Source: a virus
Taxonomy: Duplodnaviria > Caudoviricetes
DNA: 36,860 bases
Strand: one strand, 5' to 3'
Virus record (IMG/VR): IMGVR_UViG_3300042940_000907
Coordinates: 1-36,860 of that record
Each line of letters starts with the position of its first letter. Positions within the stretch are counted from its first letter, which is position 1. This document shows, piece by piece, positions 28,900 to 36,860 of this stretch. The translations under genes were made by a program, and so were the position numbers. The notes beneath the pieces were generated by a model. The model ran no database searches. It saw only the letters and a list, made by a program, of their open reading frames with translations, and had not been told where the DNA came from.

Positions 28900-28953
28900 T
28901 GAAACGAAATGGTTTAGAAAAATCGGGAGATTCTTTACCAATAACATAAGAAT

Positions 28954-29265
28954 ATGAGCTTTAACAGATACCAAAATATAGACATAATAAAATACCAAGC
29001 AACAGGTAGCCAATACTATGTCAACAACGTTTATCCAGAAATTCCAGTTTCAGAAGAGGACACTTATGTGATAGTAGTACTAGGAGATAGATTAGATTTA
29101 ATGGCTTACGACTTTTACGGAGACACTAGCTTTTGGTGGATTATAGCATCGGCTAACGCTTTACCAGGAGATTCACTGTATCCACCGCCAGGCGCTCAAT
29201 TAAGAATTCCTTCAGATATTCAGTCTGTAGTTAATCAATACAGAAACGCTAACTCATTAAGATAG
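28954..29265 (+). CDS. LysM-like baseplate protein (P2 gpX / T4 gp53-like)
   Basis: GDRLDLMAYDFYGD..FWWIIASAN...GAQLRIP. Confidence 0.8.
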   Translation: MSFNRYQNIDIIKYQATGSQYYVNNVYPEIPVSEEDTYVIVVLGDRLDLMAYDFYGDTSFWWIIASANALPGDSLYPPPGAQLRIPSDIQSVVNQYRNANSLR

Positions 29266-29266
29266 T

Positions 29267-32200
29267 ATGGCACAAAACGATAATAAAATATCTAACGTTA
29301 TTGGTACACACATTCCTGTTTGGCTTTTAGAACAATTACAAACTAGAAGCAAAAAAGGAACTCAAGCCAATAGAGACAATGCAAACCTACAGTATCTTGG
29401 AAACAAAACTGGTTGGGTTAGATTAGTGTCTTCTATCAATATAACCGAACCATCAGATACAAAATATTTTTCTGAATTAACAGGCTTAACCTTAACCAAA
29501 CCAGAAGATTTATCGAAAAACTTTGTGCTATACGGTGGAGTTTCTAAGTACAACAATCAAGGAGGTAAAACCAACTACGAACTAAGAAAAGGTTTTAAAG
29601 AAACCTACTCTTTATTAGGAGATCAAGAGGTTAGAGATTTTGGCTATCGTCCAATGCCAGGACTAAGCAGAGTTGTTATAGAAACTCAAGGTCGATTGGG
29701 ATCTATTAGAGGCGCAACAATAGAATTTAAAGTTTGGGACAAAAGTCAGTTGGACGTAATAGATGCTTTGTATTTTAAGTTGGGATACACAATGTTTTTG
29801 GAATGGGGAAACACTTTCTACTACGAGTCAGAATCTTCAAATTTAAGCGCTACTGAATTATTTAGTTTAGATCCTTTCAAAGATAACTTAACAAAAGAAC
29901 AGATAGCTCTTGATTTAGGTTTAAAAAGAAGAGAGTCCAAAGGCAACTATGATGGTATGTTGGGTATGGTTAGTAATTTCTCTTTCTCGTACAATCAAGA
30001 AGGCGGATACGATTGCGTTTTAAAGCTAGTTGGACTTGGATCTTTAGCAGATAGTCTAAAGATAAATCAACCTGCAACTTTAGCTCAGCCATTAAAAACC
30101 ACAATAGAACAATTAAATAGCCTTTATAGAACCATACAGAAACAACAAGATGAAAAAGTAAAAGCAGAACAAGCAGCAGAAGCCGCGAAAGTAAAAAAAG
30201 CAAAAGAGAAAGAAAGAGAGGAAAAACTTAAAGCTTTTGATAGTTATTCAGATTTTTTAATAGGTGATAACAAAAAAGACGAAAACATAGCAGCAGAAAC
30301 CGATTTATCTAATGTAACTCAAAGATTTTTTAGCAGATATGCATCAGCTCCTAGTAGTCTAGTCGCTAGAGATAGAAAAGGCAAAGATTATAATAAAAAA
30401 GATGAATACGATTATTATTATAATAATAGTATCGATAACAAACTATATATTAAAAAATTTGGAGTGATTTTAAATGGTAACGAAGATTTAAATAAAATTA
30501 TAGAATCTGTAGGTTTTTCTAGCGATCTTAAAAGCAAAGCTTTGCTAAATAAATTAGCTGTAGAAACTGTGAAGCTGGCCATTGCTACAGCACCGAATAA
30601 ATATTCTATTCAAACCCAATATTTTTCCCCTTCAAATTTCCTAACAACTAAAAATTACTCAGATTTTACTCCTTATAATTTTGCAATAGACGTAGAAATT
30701 CCTACAATAAATAAAAATACAAACAAAGAAATAGCATACTCAGTCTCTCAGCAGTCTATTTTAAACGATATTGTGTCTTATTTTACAGGAGAAAAAAAAG
30801 ATACAGATTTAGTTGGAACATTTTCTAGATATTCAATTTCTTTGGCAAATTTAAAATTTCCTGACGGTTTACAGGCCAATACGTTCTTAACTAATGAATT
30901 TAAAACAAGTACTGATGTATATAACCCAGGATACCTTAGCAAAAATAAAGACAAAGGTGAAGCTATCGGCATATCAATGACAGGACCTGGAAACTATGGA
31001 TTACAATTAAAATATTATTACAAACTGCCTTATACAACTTGGAAAAATAAGACTACAAGACGAGCAGACGGAAGTTTAATAGAAACGTCAAATCGCGATG
31101 AAACCACTGTTGATGTTGAAGTTTCTATAAGATTAAATGATACAAGCTTAATAGACAGCATAAAAATTTATAATGCAAAAGCTTCAACAAGAGAATATGA
31201 AAAATATAGAGATAGTTTAACCAGCCAGGATACGGCTAAAGCTGGGCCAGAAAATACGAATCCCGCTTCTAATACTAGCACCGAACAAACCAAACCAGCA
31301 GTACAGTATCAATCCTCTTTAGAAGCAACTTTAAGAAGCATACAAATTTATTCTTTAATAGAAGCAATTAATGCGAGCTCTAAAAAAATTGATTTAGAAA
31401 GAAAAGTTAAAGAAGTAGATTTAACGGCAAAAGAATTTGCGGTTCCTGTATTTTCTGATGGAATCTTTAAAACATATATAGATAAAATTATAAACAATAG
31501 TCTTAGCGCTAGCGATCCATTCGAAAAAAATATAAAGTATGGATTTAACTCTGCTGTACTCTCAAATAAAATTACAGGAGATATACCAAAAGAGGTAGAA
31601 GTAGACTATAAAAAGTTATTAAAATCTTACGTGCTTCCTTACGACGTGAATCAAGACATTAACGAAGGTAGTCGATTAGCACACCCTGTATACATTCAGT
31701 TAGGTCTAGTAATGTTCATATTGAATCACTGTTGTAATTTGTACGACGAAAAAACAGAAGGAAAAAAAACGCCTCTAATGTACATGGATTATAATCCTGA
31801 AACTAATTTTTGTTTGAGTCATCCATGTCACATGACCACTAACGGTATGACTTTTATGATTCCTTTTCAAGGAACTCTTGAAGACTATAAAACGCTATTC
31901 TATACAGATGTTTTAGAGGGAAATAGCATAAAAGGCAATAAAGAGAATAACAACGCATTAACTGCTTTATTTAGTCCTGAAAAAGACACTATTTCTGGAG
32001 ACATTCCTAGATTTAAAGGCGCAGAAGAAATCGATGCTTATAGAGGTAAGATCATGAATGTGTTGGTTAATATAGATTATCTTTTTGACATAATTAAGCA
32101 GTTCTTTTCTCAAGATCAAACCAATAGCGTATTTTTAAAAGCTTTCGTAGAACAGATACTATCTGATATGAATAAAACTTTGGGTAATTTTAATATATTT

Positions 32201-33541
32201 AGATTTTCCTATGACGATGCTTCTAATTGTCTTCAAATAATAGACGATCAATTGGTGCCTGGGTTATCAGACGAAGATATCGTTCCCAAGAATTCAGACT
32301 ACGACATTCCAATATATGGTAGAAATTCAATAGCCAGAAGTTTGGATTTAAGAACTGACATATCTTCAAAAATGGCAAATGTTTTAGCAATCAGTGCTAA
32401 CTCAGACGTACAAAAAAAATCAGCTAATTCTACAGATGGAACTCCTTACGGTTTTATCAACAAATACTATAGCGATAGATATATTCCAAACAGAACAGAG
32501 AATTCTGATATAACTAAACAAAAAGATGGAAAAACCAAAGTAGATCAAGCAAATATTGACGCTATAGTATCTTCTGCTTTAAAATTCAATAAAAATGTAA
32601 CAGATTTCTACGGTACGTACAATCCGTCTACCGAAAATATTGGCCATGCAACAAACTACTATATTGAAAAACTTACGGTAAGCAAATTAGACGCGCCGAC
32701 TAGAGCAGCAGCCATGATTCCGGTATCCATCAACTTTACATTGGATGGCATCTCAGGATTCAATATGATGCAGGGCTTTACAATATCAGAAAAATTTCTT
32801 CCATACACATACAACGTTAGAACTACATCGACCGATGAAAAATCAAACATTGCAAAAGGCTCACAAAAAGTTGGATTTATGGTTACTGGAAACGTTCACA
32901 CAATAGAGAACAATGAGTGGACTACAGCCATCAAAGCCAATATGACATATTTAAAAACAAGAGCTGATTTTGCAGGAAGACGTTTAAATACTGAATTTCA
33001 AAAGGGAAAGCAAGCTGCTTTTAATCCCGAAGGCAGTTCTCTTTATAATGCAATAGATCCAAAGGGCGGATCTGGAGGATCTACTCCAAGAGGCACCGGC
33101 ATTGCGCAAAACTCTGCAGCTTCTACGTCTTCGTTTCTTTTTGGAGCTAGCAAACCTCTTGGAAATTCAATATCTCTACCAGCACATGGAGCAAGAGACG
33201 CTTCACAACAAGGTCAATGGCAAAGCTCAAATGCGTGGGATTTATTTGTGCCGGCCTTCACGCCAGTATATGCTCTATTCGATGGCAAGGTAGAAAATAT
33301 AAACTTCTATGAAACAGTTCCATATATTTGGGGATATAGATTCACATTATGGGGTAAAACGCAGGTGTTTTATACTCACTTAGATTCAGTTGTAGCTAAA
33401 GGTGCGGTTAAAAAAGGAGACTTATTAGGTTATGTAGGCCAGCCTCCAAGACCAGATTATACATGGGATACTCACTTACACATCGCTTTAAAAGAGGGCA
33501 AATTATCTACTTACTTAGACGCAACAGGTAAATTAATATGA
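29267..33541 (+). CDS. Large baseplate hub-like protein with C-terminal M23 peptidase domain
   Basis: Position after the LysM gene, N-terminal RPMPG/LEWG/NYDGMLG motifs, and C-terminal WDL....TPVYA..DGKV...YTHLD...VKKGDLLGYVG...HLH. Confidence 0.7.
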   Translation: MAQNDNKISNVIGTHIPVWLLEQLQTRSKKGTQANRDNANLQYLGNKTGWVRLVSSINITEPSDTKYFSELTGLTLTKPEDLSKNFVLYGGVSKYNNQGGKTNYELRKGFKETYSLLGDQEVRDFGYRPMPGLSRVVIETQGRLGSIRGATIEFKVWDKSQLDVIDALYFKLGYTMFLEWGNTFYYESESSNLSATELFSLDPFKDNLTKEQIALDLGLKRRESKGNYDGMLGMVSNFSFSYNQEGGYDCVLKLVGLGSLADSLKINQPATLAQPLKTTIEQLNSLYRTIQKQQDEKVKAEQAAEAAKVKKAKEKEREEKLKAFDSYSDFLIGDNKKDENIAAETDLSNVTQRFFSRYASAPSSLVARDRKGKDYNKKDEYDYYYNNSIDNKLYIKKFGVILNGNEDLNKIIESVGFSSDLKSKALLNKLAVETVKLAIATAPNKYSIQTQYFSPSNFLTTKNYSDFTPYNFAIDVEIPTINKNTNKEIAYSVSQQSILNDIVSYFTGEKKDTDLVGTFSRYSISLANLKFPDGLQANTFLTNEFKTSTDVYNPGYLSKNKDKGEAIGISMTGPGNYGLQLKYYYKLPYTTWKNKTTRRADGSLIETSNRDETTVDVEVSIRLNDTSLIDSIKIYNAKASTREYEKYRDSLTSQDTAKAGPENTNPASNTSTEQTKPAVQYQSSLEATLRSIQIYSLIEAINASSKKIDLERKVKEVDLTAKEFAVPVFSDGIFKTYIDKIINNSLSASDPFEKNIKYGFNSAVLSNKITGDIPKEVEVDYKKLLKSYVLPYDVNQDINEGSRLAHPVYIQLGLVMFILNHCCNLYDEKTEGKKTPLMYMDYNPETNFCLSHPCHMTTNGMTFMIPFQGTLEDYKTLFYTDVLEGNSIKGNKENNNALTALFSPEKDTISGDIPRFKGAEEIDAYRGKIMNVLVNIDYLFDIIKQFFSQDQTNSVFLKAFVEQILSDMNKTLGNFNIFRFSYDDASNCLQIIDDQLVPGLSDEDIVPKNSDYDIPIYGRNSIARSLDLRTDISSKMANVLAISANSDVQKKSANSTDGTPYGFINKYYSDRYIPNRTENSDITKQKDGKTKVDQANIDAIVSSALKFNKNVTDFYGTYNPSTENIGHATNYYIEKLTVSKLDAPTRAAAMIPVSINFTLDGISGFNMMQGFTISEKFLPYTYNVRTTSTDEKSNIAKGSQKVGFMVTGNVHTIENNEWTTAIKANMTYLKTRADFAGRRLNTEFQKGKQAAFNPEGSSLYNAIDPKGGSGGSTPRGTGIAQNSAASTSSFLFGASKPLGNSISLPAHGARDASQQGQWQSSNAWDLFVPAFTPVYALFDGKVENINFYETVPYIWGYRFTLWGKTQVFYTHLDSVVAKGAVKKGDLLGYVGQPPRPDYTWDTHLHIALKEGKLSTYLDATGKLI

Positions 33542-34164
33542 TAAAATACTATCCATCATTTAGAGTCAAAACAGATCAGAAGACAACCGGAAATCGTCTT
33601 TCATTAGATGGCGCTCCTTATTCTGGCGACTACTATCAAACATACGATAATAAATTCTATAGTGGACCTAATCCCATAGTAGGACCAAACGAAGAATTAA
33701 AAACAATTGAAGATTACGGTAACTCAGATTATCTAAACGCTTCTAATTTACCATCTTCAGTAAAGAACCAATTCTTAAGACAAACTAACGTTACTAAAAC
33801 CCAAGCATTAGAACCTATATCTTATTATCCAAAACCCACCGTTGACGATTATACTAGAGGCTATTTTATTAGATATTTTATCAAGAAGATTAACAGCAAA
33901 GGTTTTGTTATCGAAATTTCTCCCGAAGAGTACAACGAGTTTGTGAATGGAACGGTTAGATACGATGTGTCATTTTATTTAGTGACACAGATGTTTTGGA
34001 AACTTACAGGAGATTTAAACACAAAAAGATATTCTCAGTACGATATACGATTAGGCATTATAGAAGTAAACAAAAAGAATACGGAAGATGCCGGCAAAAA
34101 CTTCTTGGGTCTTATAGAGTTTATCGGTGGTGAATACGCAAAGTTCTCAAGACCCACTACATAG
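33538..34164 (+). CDS. Hypothetical phage protein
   Basis: 208 aa with an ATGA overlap with the hub gene. Tyr-rich, contains YYPKPT..DY.RGYF.RYF. Confidence 0.7.
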   Translation: MIKYYPSFRVKTDQKTTGNRLSLDGAPYSGDYYQTYDNKFYSGPNPIVGPNEELKTIEDYGNSDYLNASNLPSSVKNQFLRQTNVTKTQALEPISYYPKPTVDDYTRGYFIRYFIKKINSKGFVIEISPEEYNEFVNGTVRYDVSFYLVTQMFWKLTGDLNTKRYSQYDIRLGIIEVNKKNTEDAGKNFLGLIEFIGGEYAKFSRPTT

Positions 34165-34218
34165 ATTAATTGAATACAATCGATTGGATTGGTTATATTT
34201 AGTTCAAATTAAAAGGTT

Positions 34219-35520
34219 ATGTATTTCATTGTAGAAAGTTTGTCGCAATTCGGCAACCTTGATATTAAAGACGAGTGTTTCGTACAACTAATAGCGGGCA
34301 ACGATAGAGTTCACCCGAAGTTGACGTACCCAAGTTTACTGTATTACAACGATGGTGAAAAGGGTTACATATTCCCTTTCAAACACTCTGAAAGCTTTTA
34401 CTTGGATTTTAAAATGGTTCAAGAGTTTTTAAAGCTCCACAAAAAAGTATACCTATTAGACAAGAAGTTTCACTCTTACTTCTTAGATTTACCTAACGCT
34501 ATAGACCTACATTTCGTTAATCTGGATCAAACAAACGAATTTAACCAGTTCGATTGCGATACTAATTTACACCACGATTTTTACTCACGTTATGGGCAGC
34601 TTCCCATCACAAACGAATTAATACCTATATCGAAGCACTACGAAAGGTGCCAATGTTTGTACGATTACGTTAAAGGCTACTTCGGTTTAGAAACAGATCT
34701 ACAGACTCAAGAGGACTTCATTAACGCGTACAAATCAGTCGAGGAGAATCCAATAAAGGTAGACGTTAAGTGTTTGACAGATAAGTACCAGATTCACGAT
34801 CAGAGCTATTCTATTAAAGGGGAGCGGATGTACTCTTGCTACAACTTATATAATTTAACTGGAAGACCAACAAATTCGTTTAACGGCATTAACTTCTTGG
34901 CCATTCCAAAAGAGAACGATTTCAGAAGCTGCTTTTTACCTTCTAATGACTTTCTTGTTGAATTTGACTTCGACGCATATCACTTGAGGCTAATAGCTAA
35001 ACTTATAAATTTTGAATGTCCACAAGAGTCTTTTCACGAATATCTTGGTAAAAGCTATTTCAACAAAGAGGAGCTTACGGAAGAGGAGTACAAAGAGTCA
35101 AAAACTATTACATTCAAACAGCTTTACGGTGGAGTGGATAAAAAGTACAAACACGTAGACTTCTTCGCTCAAATGGGTTCTTACGTAGACGAGATGTGGA
35201 AGCAATACAGTAAGCAAGGCGGTTACAAGTTACCAACTGGCAGAATAATCAAGAAGGACAATTCAATGACCAAGTACAAGCTGTTTAACTACGTGGTGCA
35301 AAACCTAGAGACTAAAGAAAATATTTATAAGATACAAGAGATTCAAAACTATCTTAAAACGACAGGCGCCAAGACCAAGCTAATTCTGATCACTTACGAC
35401 TCGTTTCTATTTGATTTCAGCAAAAAGGACGGCAAAAAGACACTACAGGAGATCAAAACTATATTGGAAACAAGCAAAATGAAGGTAAAACACAAACATG
35501 GAACCAGCTATGCATTCTAA
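34219..35520 (+). CDS. polA: Short family-A DNA polymerase-like protein
   Basis: TGRP.N...N, RSCF.P, motif A EFDFDAYHLRL, motif B SKTITFKQLYGG, NYVVQ and motif C ITYDSFLFD. Confidence 0.8.
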   Translation: MYFIVESLSQFGNLDIKDECFVQLIAGNDRVHPKLTYPSLLYYNDGEKGYIFPFKHSESFYLDFKMVQEFLKLHKKVYLLDKKFHSYFLDLPNAIDLHFVNLDQTNEFNQFDCDTNLHHDFYSRYGQLPITNELIPISKHYERCQCLYDYVKGYFGLETDLQTQEDFINAYKSVEENPIKVDVKCLTDKYQIHDQSYSIKGERMYSCYNLYNLTGRPTNSFNGINFLAIPKENDFRSCFLPSNDFLVEFDFDAYHLRLIAKLINFECPQESFHEYLGKSYFNKEELTEEEYKESKTITFKQLYGGVDKKYKHVDFFAQMGSYVDEMWKQYSKQGGYKLPTGRIIKKDNSMTKYKLFNYVVQNLETKENIYKIQEIQNYLKTTGAKTKLILITYDSFLFDFSKKDGKKTLQEIKTILETSKMKVKHKHGTSYAF

Positions 35521-35550
35521 ACTAATTACAAATATTTATTAAACAAGGTT

Positions 35551-35979
35551 ATGACAGAAACAAACACATTAGAATTAACACCAGAATCGCTTATGAACAA
35601 GCTGTTTTGCACATTCGCTAAAAAAGAGTTATTAGACGAAAGGTTGCAAGAAATAAATAAAGAATACAAGATACTTTACAATAAGATATTCGTATTGGCT
35701 TCCCCGGAGTCTGACGAGTACATGTGCACATACAACATCGAGATAGAAGGACCTAACACCAAGATCCTACCGAATACTATTCTATTGCACAGAAAGAAAG
35801 ACTCAAACACACTATACACCATTAACGCCCTTAATACCCTAATCAAAACTTTGAATAATGGAGTATTGGACAGCAAGTTTATGGTGAACTGGCCTGACTA
35901 TAGGAACTCTATCCTATTGACCCAAGGCGAAGATCTAAGAAAGCTAAATACCTCTATCCACAAGATAGTTGCCGTATAG
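35551..35979 (+). CDS. Hypothetical phage protein
   Basis: 142-aa ORF (NTILLHRKKDSNTLYTINALN) preceded by the ATATTTAT motif. Confidence 0.7.
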   Translation: MTETNTLELTPESLMNKLFCTFAKKELLDERLQEINKEYKILYNKIFVLASPESDEYMCTYNIEIEGPNTKILPNTILLHRKKDSNTLYTINALNTLIKTLNNGVLDSKFMVNWPDYRNSILLTQGEDLRKLNTSIHKIVAV

Positions 35980-36057
35980 CTCTCACTGAAAAATAAATTT
36001 TTTTCTTTCGAATTTATTTAGTATATTAGCTATATAATAAATTATTAAACAACAGTT

Positions 36058-36860
36058 ATGGACATTTCCCAATTAAAGTCTAGGCTCGCTTCCCTACAAA
36101 ATCCAAGAGGCGGACAGAAAAAGGATTTCAGTTTAACAATCTGGAAACCTACTGTAGGTAAACACTTAGTTCGTATTGTACCATCCGTGTACAACAAATC
36201 GAATCCATTCAAGGAATTATTTTTCCACTACGGCATCAACAACAAGACCATGATTTCTCCGACTTCTTTCGGCGAAAAAGATCCAATCGTTGAATTCGCA
36301 CAAGGCTTACGTAAGTCTAACGAAAGAGACAATTGGCAAACTGCTAAGAAGCTAGAACCAAAATTACGTGTATTCGTTCCAGTCATCGTAAGAGGCGAAG
36401 AAGAGAAAGGCGTAAGGCTATGGGAATTCGGCAAGCAAGTCTACATGGATTTGTTAGCAATCTTAGAAGATGAAGACGTAGGGGATTTTACAGATCCTAT
36501 TCAAGGTCACGACATTACAGTCGACACAGCTGGTAAAGAAACCACTGGATTAATGTACAACACTAGCACCGTAAGAGTTAGAACAAAAGTTACTCCGTTA
36601 TCAGAAGATGCTGACAAAGTAAAGTTATGGTTAACAACTCAACCAGAGCCAGATACATTATTCAAGCGTTACTCTTACGAAGAGATGAAAGCGGCTTTAT
36701 TAGCTCACTTAAATCCTGAAGAAGAGATCAAGCAAAACGCTGACGCAGTAGTTGAAAAAACTGCTGAAACAGGCGACTTACCTTGGGAATCAAAAGAAGA
36801 AGCGCCAAAAGCAGCTTTCACTTTGAACACAAGTAAGACAGAGATCGATAGCAAAATCGA
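36058..36860 (+). CDS. T4 gp32-like single-stranded DNA-binding protein, 3'-truncated (absent from ORF track)
   Basis: Own translation: MDISQLKSRL...IWKPTVGKHLVRIVP...PFKELFFHYG...DPIVE...FVPVIVRGEEEKGVRLWEFGKQVY...FTDPIQGHDITV. The frame runs off the window end. Confidence 0.85.
   Translation, partial: MDISQLKSRLASLQNPRGGQKKDFSLTIWKPTVGKHLVRIVPSVYNKSNPFKELFFHYGINNKTMISPTSFGEKDPIVEFAQGLRKSNERDNWQTAKKLEPKLRVFVPVIVRGEEEKGVRLWEFGKQVYMDLLAILEDEDVGDFTDPIQGHDITVDTAGKETTGLMYNTSTVRVRTKVTPLSEDADKVKLWLTTQPEPDTLFKRYSYEEMKAALLAHLNPEEEIKQNADAVVEKTAETGDLPWESKEEAPKAAFTLNTSKTEIDSKI

Noticed and set aside
28899-28949. 16-codon mini-ORF MKRNGLEKSGDSLPIT between baseplate genes
   Set aside because: Too short to support. 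It could be a coupling peptide or a remnant, but there is no evidence either way.
20553-33541. Bacterial contractile injection system or tailocin instead of a phage
   Set aside because: The adjacent phage-type polymerase, gp32-like SSB and homing endonuclease, with no host genes, indicate a phage genome.
788-36434. Other short minus-strand and nested ORFs in the track (e.g. 8226-8603, 14868-15137, 22604-22816, 7732-7920, 33102-33293)
   Set aside because: They overlap longer, motif-bearing + strand genes and show no recognisable motifs.
1-36860. Stop-codon reassignment
   Set aside because: Genes are full length and tightly packed under the standard code, and TAA, TAG and TGA all end genes at plausible positions.

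Overview
All real genes in this AT-rich window lie on the + strand and belong to a large contractile-tailed (myovirus-type) phage. The host is probably Bacteroidota, inferred from A-rich translation starts without Shine-Dalgarno sequences. 1-17.9 kb: a 5'-truncated structural repeat protein, then a tandem array of seven paralogous tail-fibre/adhesin-like genes. Six of them carry a gap-free 61-aa module whose first 39 aa are identical, and the seventh carries part of it. Their distal halves are unrelated: three end in peptidase-S74 chaperones and one in a C1q-like domain. A GIY-YIG/NUMOD3 homing endonuclease sits inside the array. 17.9-20.5 kb: a mucin-like Ser/Thr/Pro repeat protein and small ORFs. 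20.5-34.2 kb: tail sheath, tail tube, a tail-chaperone pair with a likely programmed frameshift, tape measure, baseplate proteins and a hub-like protein ending in an M23 peptidase. 34.2 kb to the end: a short family-A DNA polymerase, a hypothetical protein and a 3'-truncated gp32-like SSB that the ORF track misses. The most notable signal is that the fibre array looks like a recombination-driven modular receptor-binding system: mosaic synonymous codons, conserved DNA junction motifs, repeat-flanked cassettes and graded coiled-coil stalks. No recombinase or reverse transcriptase is visible. All protein calls come from motif recognition by eye, not database searches.
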